A DNA stretch of 64,000 nucleotides from Methanobacteriota archaeon. GTDB lineage: Archaea; Methanobacteriota; Methanobacteria; Methanobacteriales; Methanobacteriaceae. The stretch is from NCBI GenBank assembly GCA_963787255.1, contig CAWBCJ010000029.1:544001-608000 (forward strand), read 5' to 3'. Below the pieces are notes generated by a model that saw only the letters and a program-made list of their open reading frames with translations, was not told where the DNA came from and searched no databases. The position numbers and the translations under genes were made by a program. This document shows positions 21,801-32,401 of this stretch, piece after piece (within the stretch, counting starts at the first letter, position 1; each line of letters begins with the position of its first letter).

Positions 21801-22871
21801 TTAGAATTCCTTTAGTCCTGAAGAGCTCAATATATCTGTTACTTGTCCATCTGTAAGGTTATAATGGTAGAAGTTTGAATAAAATTCTTTAGTAAGTCCT
21901 TTTAGATCCAAATCTTTAAATTTATCGGGATAAAGTACTTTAGCTGTCCATGGAATCCCCATAATTGTGTTAGCACCTGGCGGACCTTCAAACCAGTTAA
22001 ATGGAGATTGAGGTACCATATAAACCTGTTTATTTTTAACAGCATTTATGGTCTGCCACTGCGGGTTTGAATAAACGCTTTTGTAGAACTGCGAATCACT
22101 GGTAATGATTACATCAGGATTCCATTGTAGAATCAGTTCCATGGAAACACCCATACCTCCTTTGGATACAGGAGCCTGAACAACGTTAATTCCTCCGCAA
22201 ATATTTATTAGATTTACATGTTGCGTTCCAGGGGCATATGTTTTCAAACCATTAGGATCCTTTGCATAGTACACTTTCTTTTTCTCATTTTCAGGAATAG
22301 TTACCACGGTACTATTAACCTGTTTTAAAACCTTGTTATAGAAATTTGTTAGATTATTTGCCCGTTCCTGCTCTCCAAGTACTTTTCCAAGGAAATTAAT
22401 TGAAGGAACTATACTGGTTAAATTGTTATCTCCTTCAACATCTAAGGCTGGAATTTGCCCAAACTTTTGCTGCAGTTCGTTAACATCATCAACTGTGCCG
22501 CCATGACCAATTAGTACAATATCTGGATTTGATGAAATAATTGATTCATAATTGGCATCTTTTTTCCCTCCTCCAAGAACTGGAAGGTTTTGATATTTAG
22601 CGGGCATGTAAAGATTTTCTTCTTTAGATCTTTGAGTATCCCAGCCCACCATTTTATCCGGTGCAAGCATGAAAAGCTCTACTGTGGTTGAGGCGCTAAG
22701 AGAATAAACCTTATTTATTTCAGCAGGCAGGTTGACATTTCTCCCAATCATATCTGTAATTTGATTTCCTGAGCTCGAGCTGGACCCTTGATAAGCCATG
22801 TATGCTCCAATAACGCCAATAACTGCTATAAATGCGATTATTGATAGAATAATGATTTTTTGATTTTTCAT
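21801..22871 (-). CDS. Class III (FecB/BtuF-like) ABC substrate-binding protein
   Basis: N-terminal anchor, ITDMIGR.V..P, VSME.IL.WNPD.I, W..I.AVKN..VY..P..PF.W. Confidence 0.88.
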   Translation of the reverse strand: MKNQKIIILSIIAFIAVIGVIGAYMAYQGSSSSSGNQITDMIGRNVNLPAEINKVYSLSASTTVELFMLAPDKMVGWDTQRSKEENLYMPAKYQNLPVLGGGKKDANYESIISSNPDIVLIGHGGTVDDVNELQQKFGQIPALDVEGDNNLTSIVPSINFLGKVLGEQERANNLTNFYNKVLKQVNSTVVTIPENEKKKVYYAKDPNGLKTYAPGTQHVNLINICGGINVVQAPVSKGGMGVSMELILQWNPDVIITSDSQFYKSVYSNPQWQTINAVKNKQVYMVPQSPFNWFEGPPGANTIMGIPWTAKVLYPDKFKDLDLKGLTKEFYSNFYHYNLTDGQVTDILSSSGLKEF

Positions 22872-22968
22872 AATGAATCGTTTTCCCTTTTGATTTTAAG
22901 ATATTTCATTTTATGCGATATGGATTAATAAACATATTGGAAATAAACATTATTTAGAATAACATTAA

Positions 22969-23480
22969 TTGGATGTTCGTGCGAAATTGTATTATGCATT
23001 AAATTGTAATATTGGCTATTTATTATGGCGTAAAACTAACCCCGAAGTTGGAGATAAGGTAATTCACACCTTTAACAGGGTAATAAATGACAAGGCATTG
23101 ATAAAGATGCAGTTTTTCACTTATGTGATGCTAAAGGCGTTGAATTTGATGGTGCAAACGTAGATCAAGGAAACTAGACTTATAATTCTAGTACTAGGAT
23201 CTTAAACTGGAATTGGGGTGATTTAACAGTTGATGATCATTACTTATGGCTTGATTTGAGTATATTACGTGCTAGGGCCTTCAACATAAACATGTAGTTG
23301 TTTCTACTCTGGATTAACGGGAATATTAATTCTTTAATGGTTAATGCAGTTTCTGTATATAAGTACAAGGAGCACGCAAACTACTACTGTACCTATGCAT
23401 GCTACTGATATGCATATATTAGATTTAAATATGGCTTTGTTACTGGTTGGTAGTTGAATGGGTTTAGGTAAGAGAAAAAA
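22969..23480 (+). pseudogene. Degenerate copy of a DUF11 + C-terminal anchor module
   Basis: DNA similar to 23559-23948 (e.g. GGTGCAAA.GTAGATCAAGGAA, TACTTATGG.T.GATTTGA, CCTATGCA, TTTAGGTA.GAGAAAA) but with stops and frameshifts. Confidence 0.7.
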
Positions 23481-23558
23481 AAACTTTTTCCTTTTTTATT
23501 TTTCAGCGATTTTGAAGCATTTTGTTCTATTTCAAAATATTAATCCTATTAACTTTTA

Positions 23559-23948
23559 ATGAGTGCATTATTGACTTATGTGATTCCTGAAGGTGTGGAG
23601 TTTGCTGGTGCAAATGTAGATCAAGGAACATGGACTTACAATGCAACTACAAGAACTTTAACCTGGAATTTAGGTGATGTTGCAGTTGGTGATCCGTACT
23701 TATGGTTGGATTTGAACATATTAAGTGCTGGAACCTTCAACATAAACCCTATAGTTACAGTTTCAGGTCAAAATATAGGATCAGAAGGTAATATTGGTTC
23801 TTTGATTGTGAATGCAGTTTCAGCAACAAGCACAGTAAATGCACAAACTAATACCATACCTATGCAGTCTACTGGTGTACCTTTAACAGGCTTAATTATG
23901 AGCCTATTACTAGTTGGTAGCGGTTTAGCTTTAGGTAGAAGAAAATAA
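23559..23948 (+). pseudogene. Adhesin-like C-terminal remnant: DUF11 domain + IPMQSTG motif, TM helix, basic tail
   Basis: YVIPEG.EF...V.QG...YN..TRTLTW.LG (DUF11) then IPMQSTG + hydrophobic helix + RRK; no signal peptide, so 5' truncated. Confidence 0.65.
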
Positions 23949-24187
23949 ACACTTTATTTTTCCCTTTTTTCATTTTTTGGATTTTTTTAGGATTCTATCT
24001 GGTATTTTTACTGAAAAACTACTTATTAATTTAAAGAATTTAACTTGTAATATTTTAATCATCATTTGTGAGATTAAACAAAATGTATTTTTAGAAAATG
24101 TTTTTATATAGAACTTATTATATTGAAATGTAGACTTTAACACATCGATTAATATATTCATTAAAAATATTCGGAGGCGAATAAGGT

Positions 24188-27100
24188 TTGACAAAATATC
24201 CAATTTTGCTGGTACTAATATTTACTTTGGTACTTGTTATTTGTGGAAGCGCATCAGCGGTTGATCAAACGATTATACCATCATGTGCTGATTCAAATTT
24301 AACGGTGTCAAATGATGCAGGTGCAAGATTCGATGCTTTATGGTAATGATTCTTATAATTTTTTTAATTCTTCAAGTCAGAGTGCAACACAGGGACAAAA
24401 TGCTCTGCATATAACCACAAGCAATACCAGCACTGCTGGAAATGTTGACATTTACCACTAATCAATCAGGTACATTTTATTTTAGTGATACTGGTGGCCG
24501 TGGATGGAATGATAATGGTATATTAATGATTGCAATTAATGGGACAATTCCAGATAATTTCTGGATTCATATAACTGCAAGTGGGTATCAATGGACTCCT
24601 TTATATTATACTGAATATCCTGATATTTGCTAACCTTACTTATGTTATCAGGGTCTAGTCAATGAGACCTTTACAAAGGATGATTTTTTATACGGTCCAC
24701 AGATCTGGAAACCATGTCCAGCTAATAATTATCCTATATTTGCAGGTCAGGATATGAGTAACACCACAAATACATTTAACATGATGTTTATTGATCTGTG
24801 GGCAGGTTTATTGGGACCCAATGCAGGTTATTCTAACACGTTAATCGATAATGGAATGATTAAAATCAATTATGAAATTTACAACCTTCCTGAAGGTTCT
24901 CTTGCTGCATTTAATGCTTATACATACTGTCAAAGTTCAAAGCAGGGTGAAGGTGTTCGATGGGGTAATCGTGTAACTGATTCAGGATACAATGTCTACT
25001 GGATTTAATTATCCTCCTGTTGCAGATTTTTCTGCTAAGTGCAACCAGAGGAACTAGTTCCTCTGACAGTTCAATTCACTGACAGGATCAACTGGAACAA
25101 AACCAATCTCATATGCATGGGATTTAACGGTGATGGATCATAGACAGTCAACCGAGCAAAACCCAACTCATACTTACTACTACTGCTGGTACTTACACAG
25201 TTAAATTAACAGTAACCAACGTTGCAGAGCAGCAATGAAAAAACAATTACCATTACTACCAGTGATGGGTGACATTGTAGCTCCAACACCATCAGCAAAC
25301 TTGCCAAGTGGATCATATAATACTGATAAAACTGTTAATTTAAGTGCTACTGATGATTGGGATTCTAATCCCAAAATATACTACACTTTAGATGGAACTA
25401 ATCCAACAATAAGCAGTACACTTTATACTGGGCCAATTAATATTAATGGTGAAGGAACCAAAACTTTGAAGTTTATTGCAGTTGATGCTGCAGGAAATAT
25501 CTCAGATCCTGTTACAAGAACTTATACCATTGATAAAACATCCCCAACAGCAGCAGCTGATCCCGTTGGAGGTACTTATAATATTGTTAAATCTATAACT
25601 TTAACTGCAACAGATGCAAATCCTACTACAATTTATTACACCACTGATGGAAGCGATCCAAGGTCAAGCAGCACAAGAAGCGTTTATTCTGGTCCAATCA
25701 CAATTAATAAGACTACAAATCTTGGATTTGCCGCTGTTGATGATGCAGGCAACTGGAGTCCATTTTATAATGTAACTTATAATATGGTTGATATTGCAGC
25801 ACCCATACCTTCAGCAGACTTGCCAAACGGCTCATACAATAGTGATAAGGTTGTTAAATTAGGTGCAGTTGATGAATTAGACCCTAATCCTAAAATATAC
25901 TACACTTTAGATGGAAATAATCCTACAACAAATAGTACACTTTATAATTGGCCAATAAGTATTAATCTTGTGGGAACTACAATTTTGAAGTTTATTGCAG
26001 TTGATGCTGCTGGACATATTTCAAATGTGTTTACAAGAATTTATGTATTGGATAAGCCAGGGGCAAGTGGTACCTGGAATAGTACAACACTAGATACAAA
26101 CAGTATGTACAACTCTATTGCTGTTGATGCATCCGGTAACCCCCATATAGCTTATTATCAGAAGGCAGAATCTGCAGAGGAATATCCGGAACTTAAGTAT
26201 GCTTATAAAGATCCGAGTGGATGGCATATAGAAACTTTAGAAACAACCCAATCTGGTTCTGGTTATTATGTTTCCCTTGCATTGGATTCATTAGGTAATC
26301 CACACATCGCTTACAGCCAAAGTACTCCAGATAAGCTTAAATATGCATATAAAGATGCATCAGGATGGCATTTCTTTGATTTAGTTAATAATACTGACGT
26401 TTCATATGTTAATTTAGCTCTGTATCAGGATCAACCCAGAATCAGCTACTTTGAAAATACAGAAGAAAGACTCAAATACATGTATTATAATGGTACAACA
26501 TGGATTTCAGAGTATGTTACTCCTAGTGCAACATATGGGCACTGGAATTCTCTTGCATTAAATTCTAATGGTAATCCTAGAATCAGTTACTATGCTTTCG
26601 ATGTTTCAACGTTATCTGGTGTCTTAATGTACGCTAAAAGGACACCAACAGGTTCATGGCAAATTACAACTGTAGATGATTCTGGCGATGTGGGTATGTG
26701 GAATTCTATAGTAACTGATTCGTTAGGTAATCCTAGAATTAGTTATGGTACAAGTAATGGTGGATTAAAATATGCTTACTGGAGTGAAGCAACATGGATT
26801 ATAGAAACTGTTGATAATTTAAAATCAGAAGCCATTAAACTGGTATTAGATCAATCAGGTAATCCTAGAATAGTATATCAGGACTTTAATTCTGGTAACT
26901 TTAAATATGCTTACAAGGACGGTTCAACCTGGTTTATAAGTAATATAGACACTATTGATGGTGTAGGGCACTGGATTTCTCTTACTATGAGTCCATTAGG
27001 AATTCCAAGTGTAAGTTATATGTCTGCAAATTCAGGTTTGAAATACGCAAATCTTGTTCCTTTCACTGTCAGTGCTGATCCAACTGGTGGAAGTTATGAA

Positions 27101-28971
27101 CTGGTGCAAAAAGTAAATTTAACAGCAACCAGTGGAACAACAATATATTACACTGTTGATGGAACTGATCCAAGAATAAGCAGCTCAAAAATAAAATATG
27201 AGGGTTCAATTTCTGTAAATAATACAACTACAATTAAATTCGCAGCTGTTGACTCTGCAAGTAACTGGAGCAATGTTTATATTGAAACATACTCTATAAC
27301 AGACGTTACAGGTCCAACAGTAACCGCTAATCCTGTTGGTGGAACATTTAACGCGTCAACATCAGTATCATTGATTACTACTGATGTTAATCCAACAAAA
27401 ACGTATTATACTACTGATGGAAGCAATCCAAAAACAAGTAACACCAAAAAGGAATATACAGGTCCAATTGCAATAAGCAGTACAATAACACTACGATTTG
27501 CAGCAGTGGATGCTGTTGGTAATTGGGGTCAAGTCTACAATGAAACATATACAATTAATATCCCAGCATTCAGTGTATCTCAAATAGAAAATGCTGCTTC
27601 AACCGTAAGGAATTATATTGAGACTTATCATAAACTTCCAGATACTGTTAATGTTTCTGGAACTGAAATAAGTACTTCTCAATTCTTAGAACTACTAACC
27701 ACTGCATTATTGCAAATAAATAGCGGAACAAGTGATTTAATACAATTAAAATCATTTACTGCACCTGTAAATCCAAAAGAAGACATACACACAGGAAACA
27801 TTTATAAAGCTGAATACATGAAGCTTGCAGGTGATATTAAGAGTTATATGGATTCTACTGGTAAATCTCCGGATTATGCGTATGGTACAAGTATCGGGCC
27901 TTACCTACGATTCGAGAGTTTGGTTTACATGTATACTATGATTCTTGATTACCATAGAACCAGTGGAAATATAGCAGGTTGGGCTGCAATGGAGCCATGG
28001 AGTGTTATAACTTCAAAACCATTTGTTGACCCTAATGCACCTAAATTCACTGTATCTCAAATAGAAAATGCTGCATCTACTGTGAGGGCTTGTGTTGAGA
28101 CTTATCATAAACTTCCAAGTACTGTACAGATCGGTTCTAGTGATGTAAGCATGCCACAGTTCTTAGAATTATTAACCACAGCATTACTGCAAATTAACAG
28201 CGGAAACAATAACACAATAATACTAAGGAACTTTACAGATCCTGTAAATCCAAAAGAGAATATACATGTAGGTAACATTTATAAAGCTGAATATATGAAA
28301 CTAGCAAGTGATATTAAGAGTTATATGGATTCTACTGGTAAGACTCCTGATTATGCGTACGGAACAAGTATTGGACCTTATCTAAGATTTGAGAATATTG
28401 TTTACATGTACAGTATGATTTTGGATTATCATAGTACCAGTGGTAGGATGGCTGATTGGGCTGGAATGGAACCATGGAGCGCTATAACTTCGAAACCATT
28501 TGTGGATCCTAATGCGCCTAAATTTAGTGTAGATCAAATTAAAGTTGCCGCAAGTACTGTAAGAGGTTAAATTGAGTCTAATCATAAGTTACCAAGTAAT
28601 GTGCACAATTAATGGAACAGATGTAACATTGTCACAGTTCTTAGAACTACTAACTACAGCATTATTACAAATTAACAGCGGAAACAATAACACAATAATA
28701 CTAAGGAACTTTACTGCACCTGTAAACCCAAAAGAAAGCATAAATGCAGGAAACATCTATAAAGCAGAGTACTTGAAGATTGCAAGCGATATCAAAAACT
28801 ACATGGACAATACAGTGGTAAAACACCAGATTACGCGTACATGAACAAGCATCGGACCTTATTTAAGATTCGAAAACATGGTTTACATGTATAGTATGAT
28901 TTTAGATTACCACAACACTAGTGGTAAGGTGGCTGATTGGGCTAGGAATGAAACCATGGGCAATAATTTAG
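24188..28971 (+). CDS. Giant secreted cell-wall protein (several frameshifts): signal peptide, unknown N-terminal domain, PKD, chitobiase/Fn3-associated repeats, beta-propeller-like repeats, 3 pseudomurein-binding repeat units
   Basis: GGAGG RBS and TTG start with signal peptide (LVICGSASA); PKD pieces (PLTVQFTD, AWD, YTVKLTVTN); five IYYT.DG..P....S..Y..PI...T.KF.AVD repeats; SLALD..GNP.I.Y..LKYAY...W repeats; C-terminal ~159-aa units. Confidence 0.75.
27570..28970 (+). repeat. Three tandem ~477-bp pseudomurein-binding repeat units
   Basis: TGTATCTCAAATAGAAAATGCTGC recurs at 27574 and 28051; SQFLELLTTALLQINSG and GNIYKAEY recur three times. Confidence 0.85.
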
Positions 28972-29383
28972 AAATTTGAGGTTAAATTAGTGGATGGGCA
29001 GGCTAAATTAAAAATCAAATGGGTGTAATTGAACTTGAGATTAAATCTGGAATTAAGAGTTAGTATATACAATCTAAATATGCAGGGCATTATGAATGTA
29101 TTTAGTAAACTAAATTTTATTGTCTAAATTTTTTAGACTTTTAGCATAAATTTGATTTTTTCAAAATGAAATTCGATATGTATATGTATGCACATATTAT
29201 ACTAAGAAATACATTATATGAATGATCTAGGCAAAATATGCAATATTTGGGTCTTATTATATAACATCGATTAATAAATGGTGATTTAAATAATTAGTGA
29301 ATTTAAGTTATTAGAAGTGATTAAACCATAATTAATAGCCGAATATAATCTCATAAATAACATATTTAAGAAAATAATACTGT

Positions 29384-30394
29384 GTGGAAAAAATGAAAGC
29401 AATGAAACTCATTATTCAATTATTATTGATGTTTGTATTGATATTTTCAATTATGGAACCATCATTTGCTGATGTAACTGTTGAAATTAGTCCTACTACA
29501 GCTCATGTAGGTGATACAGTTACTATTACAGTCACTGCAAGCAATGATTATTTACTAGATTTTTCCCCTGTAGTAGTCTATGCTCCAATACCTAATGGGT
29601 TACAATATTTGTCTCATGTAGTTCCAGATAGAACAAGACAAGATTATGATTATGGTTCTGGAATTTGGGATGTAAATAGGATGAGGCATGATGAAAGAGG
29701 TCATTTAAAATATTTAATAATAACAACCAAAGTATTGCCTCAAGTCTGCTGGTAAACCAATATATGCTGAGGCAAGGTTCGAAAGGTTAGTAATAGCGTT
29801 TACAGGTACAGATATAACAAGTTCGCAACCGAGAGCAAGATCAGATGTTTTGAATGTTTTCCCGAGCTCCGCGCCAGTTGCAAGTTTTACTGCAACACTA
29901 ACCACTGGAAATGCACCATTTATTGTGTATTTCACTGACACATCAAGCAATAATCCTACTAATTGGCTTTGGGATTTCGGTGATGGGACAACCAGTTCTC
30001 TTCAAAATCCACAACATAAGTACAGCACACCTGGAACTTATACTGTTAGATTAAATGCAAGTAACGATGTAGATTATGATATAGAAGAAAAAAGTAATTA
30101 CATTATCGTGAAAATCGCCCAGGAGATGGTGATGGTAATGGTGGTGGTAATGGTACTGGTCAGGGCCCTTTCAACGGTAGTGGCAATAACCTTATCGATG
30201 CTATGAAAAATTTCACTGCTTCAGGTGATCCTTTATCCAACTTGCAAAAAGGAGGAGGAGGAAATGGGAAAGCTTATGAAATTGAGGTTCCTCAAGCTCA
30301 AAACGATCCTTTAACTCCATATATTCTTGCTGTATTGTTAATAATTGGTTTAATACTCATAGGTTATTTCTATGGAATCGAAAATAGAAGATAA
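29384..30394 (+). CDS. Secreted DUF11 + PKD protein with Gly-rich linker and C-terminal TM anchor (two frameshifts)
   Basis: Signal peptide; VGDTVTIT.TA.N..PIPNGLQY...YDY.SGIWDV; PKD (FTDTS.N.PT.W.WDFGDG); GDGDGNGGGNG; GKAYEI...TM...GYFYG. Confidence 0.7.
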
Positions 30395-30480
30395 TGAGCG
30401 TATTCTCTAAATTTTAGATTATATAATTACAAAATAAAAATGAGCTCTCTAGACAATGATTTAATGAAAAGGTGAATCCA

Positions 30481-31126
30481 ATGGTAACTACTTCAATCAA
30501 TGAAATGTTCAACAGCGCGTTGCATTCAATTACTCAAATTCTTTTAATACCTGTAATGGTAGTTCTTGCAATCTTTTTTATATATGCTCTGATTAACATG
30601 GGTATTCTTATAGCAGAATATTACAAGACAGAGAAATAACCAAATTTGATATTAAACACTTTATTGGTCAGATTTTATCTTTAAAGGGTCAAAAAATCCT
30701 GATGAAATGATTAAGTGTAATTGAAACTGGCAGAAATTCCCAGAAGCCATAAAAATGTTCTTATAACTCTGGTAAAAAGTTCTAATATGAGTCCAGAATA
30801 TAGGGAATCTCTGGCATTAAAAATGGTTGAAGATGAGGGTATTAGTGTTTCTAAAAAACTAGAAAAAACTGATGTAATTGCTAAAATTTCTCCTGCAGTC
30901 GGTCTTATGGGAACTCTTATTCCTTTAGGGCCGGGACTTACGGCTTTAGGAGCTGGTGATATTCAAAATCTTGCACAGCACTTGCTAATAGCATTCGATG
31001 CAGCAGTATTAGGTATGGCTTCAGCAGCAATTGCATTTACTGTATCAAAAATTCGAGCGAAGATGGTACGAGGAAGAAATTTCAAACCTGGAAACAATGA
31101 TAGATACACTTCTGGAGATTTCATAA
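30481..31126 (+). CDS. MotA/TolQ/ExbB proton-channel family protein (frameshifted)
   Basis: N-terminal TM (ITQILLIPVMVVL), LEKTDVIAKISPAVGLMGTLIPLGPGL.ALG.GD...LA..L.IAFD, and R.RWYEEEI at the C-terminus in the alternate frame. Confidence 0.85.
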
Positions 31127-31141
31127 TGTTGAAAAAAAGAG

Positions 31142-31480
31142 ATGCTGAAACGGAGAAAAGAATTTCTTTCCAGCGATGAAGAGATAGATCCAATGATTTA
31201 TGCTGTAAACATGGTAGACACCATGCTAGTACTTGCTGTCGGGTTCCTTATATTTACAATAATGTCTATGAGCATGCAAAGTGTTCTTTTCAACGATATG
31301 ACTCCTCAGGAAAAGACAGATTTAATTAAAACAATAAAACAAACAGTTGAAATTAAAATGGGTCAGGAGTTAAATGACACTCAAATCCAAAATTCATCTG
31401 GATCAAGCAATGGTATGGCCGAAATGGGAACGGTTTACAAAGACCCTAAAACGGGTAAATTAATTATGGTTCAAAATTAG
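31142..31480 (+). CDS. DUF2149-family membrane protein
   Basis: DPM..AVN.VD.MLVLAVG.L and MGTVYKDP.TGKLIMV; the usual partner of the upstream MotA/ExbB-like gene. Confidence 0.85.
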   Translation: MLKRRKEFLSSDEEIDPMIYAVNMVDTMLVLAVGFLIFTIMSMSMQSVLFNDMTPQEKTDLIKTIKQTVEIKMGQELNDTQIQNSSGSSNGMAEMGTVYKDPKTGKLIMVQN

Positions 31481-31498
31481 CAGATTGGAGGTGTAAAA

Positions 31499-32200
31499 AT
31501 GATTTATGTTTGCGTTGATGATACCGATAATCTAAATTCAAGAGGCACAGGTAGACTTGCACGTGCAATTGCAGCAGAACTTTCAAAAAAATATCCAGTA
31601 TTGGGAGTTACCAGACATCAGCTTTTTGTGCATCCAGATATTCCATTTACATCTCATAACAGCTGTGCAGTAATTCATTTGATTTCAGACGATAAGGAAG
31701 GTATTGATGATATTTTTGAGATTGCTAAAAAGGAAATATATGATGATTTCATTGAAGGAAGTGATCCAGGACTTTCAGTAGCTCATGAAAGCCAGATTTC
31801 ACCTTCACTTATTGCCTATGCTAAGGACGCTAAAGACACGGTTTTAACACAAGAAAAAGCAAGAACTCTGGCTAAAAATCTTAATATTCGCCTTGAAGGT
31901 CTTGGCGGGACTGAAGATGGTGTAATAGGATCTATGGCAGGGTTGGGTTTGGCTTTTGCTGGAAATGATGGTAGATTTTTGCTTAAAGGAAGTATAAGGG
32001 ATTTATTAGGCCCTCAAACAGTTGAAAAATTGATGGATGCTGGTATTGATGCAGTTTACACACTTGATGGTAGATTGGTAACTGAGGGTGTGGTATTAAA
32101 TGATGAAAATAAATCAGTAAAGCCATGTCCCGTAAATGGAAAATGTATTCTTTTTGTTGATGATAGTGAAGGGATGCTCACTGCCATTAAACGAAATTAG
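31499..32200 (+). CDS. TiaS N-terminal-like (DDTD) uncharacterised protein
   Basis: IYVCVDDTD....GTG, TRHQL.VH..IP.TSHNS, SDPGL, LGGT.DG.IG..AG.GL; lacks the OB-fold/Zn-ribbon of true TiaS. Confidence 0.65.
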   Translation: MIYVCVDDTDNLNSRGTGRLARAIAAELSKKYPVLGVTRHQLFVHPDIPFTSHNSCAVIHLISDDKEGIDDIFEIAKKEIYDDFIEGSDPGLSVAHESQISPSLIAYAKDAKDTVLTQEKARTLAKNLNIRLEGLGGTEDGVIGSMAGLGLAFAGNDGRFLLKGSIRDLLGPQTVEKLMDAGIDAVYTLDGRLVTEGVVLNDENKSVKPCPVNGKCILFVDDSEGMLTAIKRN

Positions 32201-32401
32201 ATTTATAAACAATATTTTTAATGTTTAAGTGCTATGGATCCGGAATAATAATGGCTATAGTTAATTATTCCGATGTTTATTTTTAGTTTACTCTTTTTCA
32301 TTCAGCAAATACACATACTCGCTTGCAAAAATAATGATGAAACAATATTAAAATATAACATTGGACTATAAAAGTTAATTTTTAAAAAAAAATAGAAATT
32401 A

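Noticed and set aside
30120-30190. GGT(G/A)AT short tandem repeats as a contingency locus or CRISPR
   Set aside because: Encodes a Gly/Asn/Asp linker in the corrected frame; no spacer structure
31499-32200. Calling this gene tiaS or an ABC substrate-binding protein
   Set aside because: Too short, lacks the TiaS C-terminal domains, and has no signal peptide or SBP motifs
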